In this document: piece by piece, positions 40,396 through 50,937 of the stretch
How positions within the stretch are numbered: position 1 is the stretch's first letter
How the letters are laid out: each line of letters opens with the position of its first letter
DNA from: Gammaproteobacteria bacterium RIFCSPHIGHO2_12_FULL_35_23
GTDB taxonomy: Bacteria; Pseudomonadota; Gammaproteobacteria; UBA12402
Direction: 5' to 3'
Assembly (NCBI GenBank): GCA_001801465.1
Contig: MGXT01000023.1
Coordinates: 3,809 to 67,808 of the forward strand
Length of the DNA: 64,000 bases
Position numbers and translations under genes: made by a program
The notes under the pieces: model-generated
Database searches by the model: none
Told to the model about the DNA's origin: nothing
The model's input: the letters and a program-made list of their open reading frames with translations, nothing else

Positions 40396-42302
40396 GCTAA
40401 TTCAAGAAGTAACTTATTTAAACGCTGGACAAACTCAGCTGGATTTTTTAAATGTCCGCCTTCAGCTAAAACCGCTTGATCAAACAAAATCTGAGTTAAT
40501 TCAGCAAAGCGCTTATCATTCTGCTCTGATTTCAGCCGCAAAATAATGGCGTGCTCAGGGTTCAATTCAAAAATTGGCTTAGCTTCTGGTACAGGCTGAC
40601 CGAGCGACTCCATAATACGCTGCATGTTAACATTCATATCATACTCATCAGCAACGATACAAGCTGGAGAAGTAGTTAACCGATAAGTTAAACGCACTTC
40701 CTTAACTTTATCACCAAGCACTTCTTTGACTTGTTTTATTACTGTTTCAAACTCATTTTCAGCCTGTTTATGCTGTTCTTTTTCAGCTTGATCTTCAAGC
40801 TCTCCTAAATTTAAGTCACCTCGAGCCACTGAAACAATTTTCTTATCAGAATATTCTGATAAATGAGAAACCAACCACTCATCTACTCGATCTTTCAATA
40901 ATAATACTTCTATATCTTTCTTTCTAAAAATCTCTAGATGTGGACTGTTTCTAGCAGCTTCATAACTATCTGCAGTCACATAATATATTTTATCCTGCTT
41001 ATCTTTCATGCGGCTAATATACTCATCTAATGAAACGTTTTCGTCAGACGAATCAGCATGAGTTGTAGCAAAGCGAAATAATTTAGCAATTTTTTCTTTA
41101 TTAGTGAAATCTTCGGCAGGACCTTCTTTTAAAACTTTGCCAAATTCTTTCCAAAAGTCTTTATACTTATCTGGATGATCATAAGCAAGTTTTTCAAGCA
41201 TTTCTAAGACTCTCTTTGTCAAAGCTAAACGAATGCTTTCTATAGTTTTATTACCTTGTAAAATTTCGCGAGATATATTTAATGGTAAATCTCTGGAATC
41301 AATAACACCTTTTACAAATCGTAAATATAAAGGCAAAAACTGCTCAACGTTATCCATAATAAAAATACGTTGTACATATAGTTTTAATCCTCGAGGCTGT
41401 TCACGATTATATAAATCAAAAGGGGCCCGAGCCGGAATGTATAATAAACTGGTATACTCTAAATTACCTTCTACTTTATTATGGGCCCAAACCAAAGGAT
41501 CTTGAAAGTCATGAGCGATATGTTTATAAAATTCTTTATACTCCTCATCTTTAATTTTACTTTTTGGCAATGTCCATAAAGCAGTTGCTTTATTTACTGT
41601 TTCCCACTCTGGCTTCTTTTCTTCTTCTTTTTTATCTTCTTTATCAGCAAGTGGAGCTTTTAACATGAGAATAGGTAAATCAATATGATCAGAATATTTT
41701 GTAATAATACTTCGCACCCGCCAATCATCTAAAAATTCTTGTTCATCATTTTTAAGGTATAAAATAACTTCTGTACCCCTACCTGTTTTTTCAATGTTTT
41801 CAACTGAAAACTGACCCTTGCCATCTGATTCCCAGACAACACCGTGCTCAGCAGTTAAACCCGCTTTACGAGTTCTAACGATTACTTTATCTGCCACAAT
41901 AAAAGCAGAATAAAACCCAACTCCAAATTGTCCTATTAGTTTGGCATCTTTTACTTGGTTACTACTCAATTGCGCTAAAAAGTCTCGCGTACCAGATTTT
42001 GCAATAGTTCCTAAATTATTAACCACCTCATCTCTAGTCATGCCAATACCATTATCACAAATAGTAATAGTCTTAGCCTCTTTATCATAACTAACATGAA
42101 TATTTAATGTGGGATCATTTTCATACAGTGCAGCATCTCTTAAAGCCTCAAAGCGCAACTTATCAGCTGCGTCAGACGCATTAGAAATTAACTCTCGTAA
42201 AAATATTTCTTTGTTACTATATAAGGAATTAATCATTAAGTGTAACAACTGGGTAACTTCAGTTTGAAACCCCATGGTTTCTTTTTGTGCAACAACGGTC
42301 AT
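40392..42302 (-). CDS. htpG: Hsp90 chaperone HtpG
   Basis: [36 protein letters not shown] and [11 protein letters not shown]. Confidence 0.98.
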   Translation of the reverse strand: MTVVAQKETMGFQTEVTQLLHLMINSLYSNKEIFLRELISNASDAADKLRFEALRDAALYENDPTLNIHVSYDKEAKTITICDNGIGMTRDEVVNNLGTIAKSGTRDFLAQLSSNQVKDAKLIGQFGVGFYSAFIVADKVIVRTRKAGLTAEHGVVWESDGKGQFSVENIEKTGRGTEVILYLKNDEQEFLDDWRVRSIITKYSDHIDLPILMLKAPLADKEDKKEEEKKPEWETVNKATALWTLPKSKIKDEEYKEFYKHIAHDFQDPLVWAHNKVEGNLEYTSLLYIPARAPFDLYNREQPRGLKLYVQRIFIMDNVEQFLPLYLRFVKGVIDSRDLPLNISREILQGNKTIESIRLALTKRVLEMLEKLAYDHPDKYKDFWKEFGKVLKEGPAEDFTNKEKIAKLFRFATTHADSSDENVSLDEYISRMKDKQDKIYYVTADSYEAARNSPHLEIFRKKDIEVLLLKDRVDEWLVSHLSEYSDKKIVSVARGDLNLGELEDQAEKEQHKQAENEFETVIKQVKEVLGDKVKEVRLTYRLTTSPACIVADEYDMNVNMQRIMESLGQPVPEAKPIFELNPEHAIILRLKSEQNDKRFAELTQILFDQAVLAEGGHLKNPAEFVQRLNKLLLELA

Positions 42303-42334
42303 TATTATCTCTCCTAAAAATCATGTTGTAATGC

Positions 42335-42362
42335 ATATGGGGATAATAATTAATTTTTCAAG
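42335..42362 (-). promoter_or_regulatory. Sigma-32 (RpoH) promoter of htpG
   Basis: Minus strand CTTGAA-N14-CCCCATAT matches the RpoH consensus, about 30 nt upstream of the ATG. Confidence 0.88.
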
Positions 42363-42589
42363 AGATGTATAAAATGTCGTCATTTAATATTAATCTTTTA
42401 AATCAATTCCTTGCTAAATCTTTTCAGCTACTAATAATTCATAAAATATGATCTAAATATAATCATTTTTTAAGTGCATCTCGCTTGTAACGGAGAAAGA
42501 TTGCCTATTAAAAATAATCGGTTTAATATGCCTAGGGTTTTAATTTCAAGTCATTCTTTCTAATAGATTTATCACCAATAGGAAATATA

Positions 42590-43180
42590 ATGCCTAAGAC
42601 ATTTGAACCACTACCAATTCTTAAATTAAGCGAACAAAATACTTATACTCATCCACCATTAGGACCTGAGCTCGTTTATATAACTGACCCAGCAGTTGAT
42701 GTGATTATAAACTTTAGTCATGTTAAACCGTTAATTACCACTCCCACCCATACCATTGATCAAGCTAACGTGGATATGAAATTTTCTGGAACCCATATTA
42801 TGTTAGTGGTTGAGGACGAAACAGTAGTAGGTGTAGTAAGCTCTGAAGATATTTTAGGTGAAAAACCAATGCATATTGCACAAGAACGCCGAATTAGACG
42901 TGACGAAATTTTAGTAAGTGCTGTCATGACTCCACAACATGAACTAATGGCGATTGATTATAAAGATGTAAAATATGCTAAAGTTGGCCATTTACTAACA
43001 ACGTTAACTGAAAATAAACAACATTATGCATTAATTGTAGATACAGAAGAAAACTCTACTATGCAAACTGTTCATGGCTTAGTTTATATATATGATATTA
43101 TAAAAAGACTGGATAATGACTTACCAACTGAATTAAAAGAAGCTCGCTCGCTTCTCGAATTACAAAAAAAATTACGCTAA
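42590..43180 (+). CDS. CBS-domain protein
   Basis: DPAVDVIINF, VVGVVSSEDILGEKP, VSAVMTP and HALIVD-like motif of a CBS pair. Confidence 0.85.
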   Translation: MPKTFEPLPILKLSEQNTYTHPPLGPELVYITDPAVDVIINFSHVKPLITTPTHTIDQANVDMKFSGTHIMLVVEDETVVGVVSSEDILGEKPMHIAQERRIRRDEILVSAVMTPQHELMAIDYKDVKYAKVGHLLTTLTENKQHYALIVDTEENSTMQTVHGLVYIYDIIKRLDNDLPTELKEARSLLELQKKLR

Positions 43181-43195
43181 GTTAATTATCGGTAC

Positions 43196-46100
43196 TTGAG
43201 TTCAATTATGCAAAAAAAATTTCTTGACTATAGCATCGCTACCTTGCATCAAGTTGATACTTTAACAACATTAGATAACGCCTTTTTAGAACATTTAAAA
43301 CCTCATGCACAACTCTATCAAGATTTTCAAGCTTATAGAAATGAATCAAGTCAATTAACTCCTATTCAACAAAGTGAAGTCATTATCGCTGCAGGCAAAC
43401 TATTAGACCAATTTCTAATAAAGTTTTTTGATATTGAAGAAGCAGCCACAAAACTTGAATTAAAAACCTTAAGTCACCGCCCTATTTTTGTTTTTAAAAA
43501 ATGGTATGTTTTACGTCGTGCCAAAAGACGTTTACAGCGTGAAGAATCCTTACCCAGTTTTACAGAATTGAATTTATGGTTAAATGAACAGCTCGGCCCT
43601 TGCCAAGATAAAGAACTTCAAATTGCAGAGTTTGCAGTACCATTTTTAGAGGATGAAGAAGCCAATAGTGAGATCATTGAAAAAATAACTCAGTGGTGTA
43701 TTCAGGCCTTAAAAACCAAAGAAGGACAAGAAGCAACTCTTGGCTGGGTCTGCTTTAAATTACCTAATCGTACTGATTATCAACGGTTAATTCCTATTCA
43801 AATTGATCAGACTGACCATTTAAAACGCAGCACTTTTCCCAATGATAAATTAAGATATCGCGATGGTTTTAAATTAACTGATCCACGCATGTCTAGACGA
43901 CAAGTGATGAGTGAAATTGATTATTGTATCTATTGCCACGATCACGATGGTGATTTTTGTTCAAAAGGCTTTCCTGAAAAAAAAGGTGATCCTAGTCAAG
44001 GTTTTAGAACTAATCCACTTAATAACATCTTAATTGGCTGTCCTCTCGATGAAAAAATCTCTGAAATGCATACTTTAAAACGGGATGGTTACTCATTAGG
44101 CGCCTTGGCAACAGTCATGATAGATAATCCTATGTGCCCAGCCACAGGTCATCGCATTTGTAATGACTGCATGAAGGCTTGTATTTATCAGAAACAAGAC
44201 CCTGTCAATATTCCAGAAATTGAAACTAGAGTTTTAACTGATGTAATAAATTTGCCTTGGGGTGTTGAGATTTATGATTTTCTAACTTATTGGAATCCAC
44301 TGCGTAAACAACAGCAACAAGCTAAATCTTATAATGGACTTAAAGTTTTTATTGCTGGAATGGGGCCTGCGGGCTTTACTTTGGCACACTATTTATTGAT
44401 GGAAGGCTTTGCAGTTGTAGGAACCGATGGCTTAAAAATTGAGCAGCTTGATCCTCTCCTAATCAATAAGCCTATTAAAAACTACGAAGATATCAAAGAA
44501 GAGCTTGATAAACGTATCATGTTAGGATTTGGTGGAGTTGCAGAATACGGAATAACAGTACGTTGGGATAAAAACTTCTTAAAGCTTATTTATATTAGTC
44601 TATTGCGTAAACCCCATTTTCAAGTGTTTGGTGGTATACGATTTGGTGGCACTGTGACCGTTGAAAGCTTATGGGAACTAGGCTTTGATCATGCAGTCAT
44701 TGCAGTAGGTGCTGGTCTTCCTAAAGCCTTGGCTATACCAGGAAGCATGGCAAAAGGTATGCGCCAAGCAAATGATTTTTTAATGGCACTACAATTAACA
44801 GGGGCCGCTAAAGATAATTCTTTAGCTAATTTGCAAATTCGCCTTCCTGCTATTGTAATTGGTGGTGGCTTAACTGGTGTAGACACTGCAACAGAATTAC
44901 AGGCTTACTATATTGCTCAAGTTGAAAAAATATTAATTCACTATGAAATACTGAGCCAAGAGTTTTCAGAATCTGCCATTAGAAATAATTTTGATAAAGA
45001 GAATTTAATTATTCTTGATGAATTTTTAATGCATGCTAAAGCAATTCGAGAAGAACGAGCTCGTGCAAAACAAACCAATGAGAACCCCCATCTAATAAAA
45101 TTGTTAAAATCATGGGGTGGCGTCACGATTGTTTATCGACGTGCAATACAAGACTCCCCTGCTTATCTCAGCAACCATGAAGAACTTAATAAAGCATTTG
45201 AAGAAGGGATATATTATTTAGAAGGGTTGCAACCTATTGCAGCTCAACTTGATGAATATGGTCATATTAATAAAGTATGCTGCGAAAAACGTTTACAAGA
45301 TGCGGAAGGAAACTGGCTTGATGATCATCATACAGTTGAATTACCTGCCAAAAGTGTGCTAGTTGCGACTGGTGCTCAACCTAATATTGCCTATACTTTT
45401 GAACATGAGGGAACTTTTGTACGTAATCGCTTAGAATACCAGCCCTATGAAAATATTGATGAAAATCTAGTCATTGTTAAAGCCGCTGAAAATATTAAAG
45501 AGCCCTTATTTGGACCTTTTACCTCTTATCAAGTAGATAATAAACGAGTTAGCTTTATAGGTGATACACATCCAGTCTTCCAAGGCAATGTAGTCAAAGC
45601 AATTTCCTCAGCTTTGCGCTCTTACCCCAAGATTGTCGAATTATTTGGGGAGCTAACCAAACAAACCACAGACGAAACTGAGTATGAGTTATTTGCAAAA
45701 TTTATTAGCGAAAGCTTTGCTAGCAAAATTACTGCCGTAACAAGACGTAGCAAAAATGTAATAGAGCTTACAGTACATGCTCCCTTAGCAGTAAAAAAAT
45801 TTAAACCAGGTCAATTTTTTAGAGTACAAAATTATGAAACCTCTGCTATTGAAGTTGAAAAAACTAAATTACAAACCGAGCCTTTAGCTTTAGCTGGTTT
45901 TTATCCTAGCTTCGAACAAGGAACTATTAAGTTAATGATTATTGAACAGGGCGCTAGCACAAAAATGTGCGCTACTTTTAAACCCGGTGACTCCATTGCC
46001 CTAATGGGTCCAACAGGCGTCCGTAGCAAAATACCTCATGATCAACAAACTATTCTAATTATTGGTAACACACAGCAAAGTTTAGCTTATGTGCGTGCAG

Positions 46101-46696
46101 TAGGTCCAGCACTCAAAGCTGCAAACAATAGAGTTATTTATTTAGGCTGTTTTGCTTCAGCTGAAGAATTATTTTGTCAAACAGAAATTGAACAATGTAC
46201 TGACCAAACTATTTGGTCCACCTTAGATAATTCTACTATCACGCCAAGTAGGAAAAATGACTACTCTTTTAATGATGAAGCTATTAATACATTGCTCAAT
46301 ATTTCTTTAGATAAAAATTTAATTGACTTAACTAACATCGATAGAATCACTGTTCTTGGCGACTCTTATTTATTGAAGAACTTTCAATTAGCACGCTCAA
46401 CACTCTTACAACATAAATTAAAACCAAACGTTAAGGTATTCGGTGCTATTTATAGTTCCATGCAATGTATGCTTAAAGGTGTTTGCGCCCAATGCTTACA
46501 ATGGCAAATTAATCCTGAAACGGGTCAGCGAACCAAAGCCGTCTTTGCTTGTTCATGGCAAGACCAACCCTTGGAATTAGTTGATTTAGATAATTTAGCA
46601 GAACGATTAGGACAAAACAAAGTTTGTGAAACTTTATCTAGCCTATGGTTTGATTATTTAAAAGTTAAAGCCTCTCCAGATCTAACCATTATCTGA
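43196..46696 (+). CDS. Large flavo-Fe-S oxidoreductase: GltD/NfnB-like module fused to a PyrK/NfnA-like module
   Basis: CIYCH...C..G...GCPL, NPMCPATGHRICNDCMKAC, GMGPAG, GGGLTGVD, PGQFFRVQ, MGPTG and MQCMLKGVCAQC...FAC. Confidence 0.85.
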   Translation: MSSIMQKKFLDYSIATLHQVDTLTTLDNAFLEHLKPHAQLYQDFQAYRNESSQLTPIQQSEVIIAAGKLLDQFLIKFFDIEEAATKLELKTLSHRPIFVFKKWYVLRRAKRRLQREESLPSFTELNLWLNEQLGPCQDKELQIAEFAVPFLEDEEANSEIIEKITQWCIQALKTKEGQEATLGWVCFKLPNRTDYQRLIPIQIDQTDHLKRSTFPNDKLRYRDGFKLTDPRMSRRQVMSEIDYCIYCHDHDGDFCSKGFPEKKGDPSQGFRTNPLNNILIGCPLDEKISEMHTLKRDGYSLGALATVMIDNPMCPATGHRICNDCMKACIYQKQDPVNIPEIETRVLTDVINLPWGVEIYDFLTYWNPLRKQQQQAKSYNGLKVFIAGMGPAGFTLAHYLLMEGFAVVGTDGLKIEQLDPLLINKPIKNYEDIKEELDKRIMLGFGGVAEYGITVRWDKNFLKLIYISLLRKPHFQVFGGIRFGGTVTVESLWELGFDHAVIAVGAGLPKALAIPGSMAKGMRQANDFLMALQLTGAAKDNSLANLQIRLPAIVIGGGLTGVDTATELQAYYIAQVEKILIHYEILSQEFSESAIRNNFDKENLIILDEFLMHAKAIREERARAKQTNENPHLIKLLKSWGGVTIVYRRAIQDSPAYLSNHEELNKAFEEGIYYLEGLQPIAAQLDEYGHINKVCCEKRLQDAEGNWLDDHHTVELPAKSVLVATGAQPNIAYTFEHEGTFVRNRLEYQPYENIDENLVIVKAAENIKEPLFGPFTSYQVDNKRVSFIGDTHPVFQGNVVKAISSALRSYPKIVELFGELTKQTTDETEYELFAKFISESFASKITAVTRRSKNVIELTVHAPLAVKKFKPGQFFRVQNYETSAIEVEKTKLQTEPLALAGFYPSFEQGTIKLMIIEQGASTKMCATFKPGDSIALMGPTGVRSKIPHDQQTILIIGNTQQSLAYVRAVGPALKAANNRVIYLGCFASAEELFCQTEIEQCTDQTIWSTLDNSTITPSRKNDYSFNDEAINTLLNISLDKNLIDLTNIDRITVLGDSYLLKNFQLARSTLLQHKLKPNVKVFGAIYSSMQCMLKGVCAQCLQWQINPETGQRTKAVFACSWQDQPLELVDLDNLAERLGQNKVCETLSSLWFDYLKVKASPDLTII

Positions 46697-46792
46697 TACT
46701 TGAGACCTTATTTAACTTATTATTTCTATCCTTTTGACAAAAAAATAAATTTAGCTAAACTTAAATAATAAAACTCTATAGGACTGATTAAC

Positions 46793-47287
46793 ATGGAAGA
46801 AATAGTAAAACAGCGCAAAGAATTAATAATGGCTGAAATTATGCCCCCCGAGCGAGCAAACTTTACTGGCCATATTCATGGTGGTTATATAGTTTTATTA
46901 TTAGATCGAGTCGCTTATGCTTGCACTTCTCGCTACTGTGGTAAAAGCGTTGTAACAGTTTCTATTGATGAAGTACTTTTTAAAAAATCTATCTTCATTG
47001 GTGATCTTGTCACATTTTATGCGAGTATTAATTATGTAGGCAGAACATCTATGGTAGTTGGCATCCGAGTAACTGCTGAAAATTTAAAAACTGGAGAAGT
47101 TAGACACACCAATACCTGTTACATTACTATGGTTGCCATTGATGATCAAGGCAATCCAACGCCTGTGCCTAAGTTAATACTCAATAATGATACCGACAGA
47201 CGTCGCTATAAAGAAGCTGAAGAATTAAAACAATTACGAAAAGAGTATCAATTAAAAATGGCCGCTGTTAAATTAACAAAAGATTGA
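46793..47287 (+). CDS. Acyl-CoA thioesterase (hotdog fold)
   Basis: ANFTGHIHGG, VVTVSID, VGRTSMVVGI and TMVAID. Confidence 0.92.
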   Translation: MEEIVKQRKELIMAEIMPPERANFTGHIHGGYIVLLLDRVAYACTSRYCGKSVVTVSIDEVLFKKSIFIGDLVTFYASINYVGRTSMVVGIRVTAENLKTGEVRHTNTCYITMVAIDDQGNPTPVPKLILNNDTDRRRYKEAEELKQLRKEYQLKMAAVKLTKD

Positions 47288-47447
47288 ATTATTCAACCAA
47301 AACACTAGCAAATTAAAACCTTATATGCAGGGCTTTTCTAACAAGAAATTGTTAATTTAAAATGTTTCTAGAGAAAATCTTCACTACTTAAGAGATAAAA
47401 ATAAAAACAAAGTTAATTTTCTTATTACCGAAAATGAAAAACCATGA

Positions 47448-47648
47448 ATGACTGCTGAAATAAAATCTTCAAACAACCAACCTTTAAGTGAAAACTTGTT
47501 ATATTTTCAAAACCAATTTAATACAAAATATGTATTTCAAACTGCCTATGCTATACCTCATATAGATGGGAATTATTTTGCAAAAAAACCCAGTTATTGT
47601 CTCGGCAAAAGCTTTATTAAGTCAATTACCTTAATTATTACTGGATAA
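47448..47648 (+). CDS. Short hypothetical ORF or gene remnant
   Basis: 66-aa ATG-initiated ORF in an otherwise empty gap; no recognisable motif. Confidence 0.25.
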   Translation: MTAEIKSSNNQPLSENLLYFQNQFNTKYVFQTAYAIPHIDGNYFAKKPSYCLGKSFIKSITLIITG

Positions 47649-47843
47649 ATTTAAAGGGCAAATTCTAAATTGAAGTGCAACAGTCAAAAATGCTGTATAT
47701 TCATGTTCTTGGGAAACTTGAATAGCTAGATCAATTGCATTACCCCCCTTCTCCTTAAAATAATAAAAAAATTTTATTATATTTTATAACAAAACTATTT
47801 TAGAATTTGTATAACTTTTAATGTTTAATATCTAAAGAAAAAT

Positions 47844-48539
47844 ATGTCAAGAATAGGTGTAGTAACTGTTACCATGGTTGGATCAAATATCTGTACTAAT
47901 CATATTGTAGCTGAGGCTTTAAAAAATAACGTTAGTGGCAAACACCCAGAAATAGTAAGCATAGCCCTATCCTTTGATCGCTATAAATCTGCTATCGTGG
48001 CGAAAAACTGGAACAAAGTAGCCGATCTAATTCTTGAAACTATCAATCTATTACAACTTGCAGGTTGTGATTTTATTATTATTCCTTCCAATACCCCACA
48101 TTATGCTTTTGAAAAAGTTCACCTCAAATCATCTCTACCAGTTTTTAACCTATTAGAAATCACTGCAGAAGAATGTGCTAAAAAAGGGTTTAAGCAAGTG
48201 GTAATAATGGGTACAAAAGCAACAATGGAAGACGGCCTTTATACTAAAGCATTAACATTAAAAAATATTAAACTGGTTATTCCTGATGTAACAACAAGAG
48301 AACTAATGGATACTCTCATTATGGACTATATAATTCCTTCGCGCCCAAATCACCTCTTACAAAACAAAATTAAATCTGCTATTTTAGATTTAAATTGCGA
48401 CGCTGCAATTTTAGGTTGTACCGAATTATCAGAAGTTTATAATTCTAAAACTTTAGAAATGCCTATAATAGATACAACAAGGCTACTAGCCACCACTGCT
48501 CTTAAATATTCTATAAAGTTGGATAATTCAAGAATCTAG
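47844..48539 (+). CDS. Aspartate/glutamate racemase family protein
   Basis: IIIPSNTPH, MGTKATM, ILGCTEL and IDTT. Confidence 0.88.
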   Translation: MSRIGVVTVTMVGSNICTNHIVAEALKNNVSGKHPEIVSIALSFDRYKSAIVAKNWNKVADLILETINLLQLAGCDFIIIPSNTPHYAFEKVHLKSSLPVFNLLEITAEECAKKGFKQVVIMGTKATMEDGLYTKALTLKNIKLVIPDVTTRELMDTLIMDYIIPSRPNHLLQNKIKSAILDLNCDAAILGCTELSEVYNSKTLEMPIIDTTRLLATTALKYSIKLDNSRI

Positions 48540-48747
48540 AGATATAAAAAGAAAGATATTTATTATTAACCATAGTTAAATTTATGGTTAATTTGCTCTC
48601 TTTATCTAGAGCTGCTTAAACATACCGACTTGTTTTATTAAAGTAAATAAACCAATTATAACTTTTAGAATATATGCCAACAATTAATTTCTGGAATTTA
48701 GTCCTCTTAAAAGTTAAAATGTGTAAAAATACAAGATTTTATTAATT

Positions 48748-49521
48748 ATGTCTATTCAATTTAATCCAGCTGATAACTTAATCTCTGTCCTGCTATTACA
48801 GCAACAACAGGTTAACACTTTAACTGGGGCATTAGATATTTTTTGGCTTAAAAAAACTTATCAAGCAATTCCCTATTTAATTCAACATGATTCAAATACT
48901 ATTGGTTATTTCTTTATTAATGAACAAAAGTCTCTACTGGAATTTTTTATTACAAACGAATATTTATTTTTATCTGAAACGGTATTTAAACAGCTACTTG
49001 ACAAAAAATTAGCTAAAGAAGCTTACCTCAGCACACGTAATCCCAGATTATTGTCTTTATGCTTAGATTACGCAGTAAAAACTACTCCAGCTGCGTATTT
49101 ATTCTATGATCTACTTCATATTTCTAAACAATCCTTACCCTATCAACTTATCTTAGCTACTCAAGATGATACTGATTGGCTCAATTCTTATGAACGCTCT
49201 CCTAGTGAAATAATAAAACATATTGATGAGAAAACTTTATTTATTCTTTCTGATCAAAATAATACTAGAGTAGGAATAGGAAAAATTTCTATTAATCCTT
49301 TACAAACTGAATATTCTGATGTAGGAGCATGGGTTAAACCAAATCATAGGAATAAAGGTCTTGGTACTTGTATAATTAATCAACTTAAAACTATATGCTA
49401 TCAAAGAAAAGTAATTCCAACCTGTGGCTGCGATATTGATAATTTAACCTCTAAAAGAATGCTTGAAAAAGCAGGATTTTATGCCAATGATAGAATTTTA
49501 AAGGTATCATTTAAATTTTAA
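48748..49521 (+). CDS. GNAT family acetyltransferase (probable tandem domains)
   Basis: C-terminal DVGAWVKPNHRNKGLG, CGC..DN..SKRMLEKAGF. Confidence 0.82.
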   Translation: MSIQFNPADNLISVLLLQQQQVNTLTGALDIFWLKKTYQAIPYLIQHDSNTIGYFFINEQKSLLEFFITNEYLFLSETVFKQLLDKKLAKEAYLSTRNPRLLSLCLDYAVKTTPAAYLFYDLLHISKQSLPYQLILATQDDTDWLNSYERSPSEIIKHIDEKTLFILSDQNNTRVGIGKISINPLQTEYSDVGAWVKPNHRNKGLGTCIINQLKTICYQRKVIPTCGCDIDNLTSKRMLEKAGFYANDRILKVSFKF

Positions 49522-49565
49522 TCAATGGGTTTAATTAGCTTACAGCTTATTACTTGGAACTTGAC

Positions 49566-50321
49566 ATGAAAAAAGTTTCTTTAATTACCGGCGGTGGTAG
49601 TGGTATTGGTAGAGCCTTAGCTAAAACGCTTGCTGAAAAAGATTTACAGGTTTATATCATTGGTCGTCGAACAGATAAATTAAAAGAAACTCAATATCTC
49701 GCGCCAAATCATATTATTCCTATTGCTGCAGACATAGCTACTACAGAAGGACGTTATTCTGTTGTTAAATTATTAGCTAATCAGTCTATTCATTATCTTG
49801 TTCATAATGCAGCAATAGTAGAACCTCTTAAAACTATAGATAAAATTACTTTAGAAGAATGGCACCATCTCATAGCTATTAATTTGGAAGGGCCATTATT
49901 TTTAACTCAATTATTTTTACCATTGTTTGTTAAAGGTTCTCGTATTCTTAATATCTCATCTGGCCTTGCTCATCGAGCATTTTTAGGTACCGCTGCTTAT
50001 TCAATTAGTAAGTCAGCACTACATATGCTTTATCAGGTATGGAATGAAGAATTATCATCTCGAGGAATTCTTGCAGGCTCTATTCAACCAGGTGCTGTTG
50101 ACACGGAAATGTAGGATTTTATTCGTGCAGACAAATCATTTATTAATCGACCTTACTTTGAAGCATTAAAAGCAGAAGGAAAACTTCTATCAGCTACTAA
50201 AGTAGCAGATGTACTTAGTTGGATGTTGCTATCTATGGATTCCAAGCAGTTCATTAAAAAGGACTGGCATATAGAAGATGATATTTTTTACAACTTATTA
50301 AGCATAAATAACAAAAATTAA
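49566..50321 (+). pseudogene. SDR (sepiapterin/benzil reductase-like) interrupted by one in-frame TAG at 50112-50114
   Basis: TGGGSGIG, HNAA, YSISK and PGAVDTEM*DFIR; the frame continues 68 more codons (F..LKAEGKLL...VA) to TAA at 50321. Confidence 0.85.
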
Positions 50322-50338
50322 GAAAATAAATTAATTGT

Positions 50339-50932
50339 TTAAGGCAGATGCTTCAATAAACCTTGTAAAGCAAAAATAATAGCTCGCTTTCTAATCTCTA
50401 CCCTATCACCTTTTATAAGATTATGCTGGACAGAAACCAGATAAATAGGTTTATTTTCTAATTGTTGTAAAGAAACTTGATTAAAACCCTCCCCTTTTTT
50501 TTGAAAAGCAATTTGATTTTTAATAGTACTAGCTTGATTGCTTAACATGATTTTATTAGCCCAGGCAAACCATACAGTGCCTACAGGCTTACTTGGAGTT
50601 CCACCACCGGGTCCGGCAATACCGGTAATAGACAAAGAAACCGTTGCATAATTATTTTCTAGGGCCCCTAAAGCCATTTCAATTGCCGTTTGCTTACTCA
50701 CAGCCCCTTCAGTAATCAAAGTAGCTGAAGAAACGTTTAAGAGCTCTTCTTTAGCTATATTGCTGTATGTTACCAACCCTCTATCAAACCAAGCAGAGCT
50801 ACCTGCTATAGAGGTAATAGCATAAGCAACTCCACCTCCGGTACAAGATTCTGCGGTAACAAGCATTTGCTTACTAGCCAATAATTTTCGGCCCGCTTCC
50901 TCCGCAAACTTTATAATTTCAAGCTCTAACAT
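50339..50932 (-). CDS. pncC: CinA C-terminal/PncC NMN deamidase
   Basis: TAESCTGG, GSSAWF, TYSN.AK and SITGIAGPGGG..KPVGTVWF. Confidence 0.9.
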   Translation of the reverse strand: MLELEIIKFAEEAGRKLLASKQMLVTAESCTGGGVAYAITSIAGSSAWFDRGLVTYSNIAKEELLNVSSATLITEGAVSKQTAIEMALGALENNYATVSLSITGIAGPGGGTPSKPVGTVWFAWANKIMLSNQASTIKNQIAFQKKGEGFNQVSLQQLENKPIYLVSVQHNLIKGDRVEIRKRAIIFALQGLLKHLP

Positions 50933-50937
50933 AGTTG

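Noticed and set aside
43925..43939. CIYCH as a c-type heme site
   Set aside because: The protein is cytoplasmic with no signal peptide; the motif sits where GltD/DPD-family CxxC Fe-S ligands occur.
49566..50321. Genome-wide TAG reassignment
   Set aside because: TAG terminates apparently complete genes (10471, 48539, 63479, fumC), and the two suspicious ambers would need different residues (Gln and Trp).
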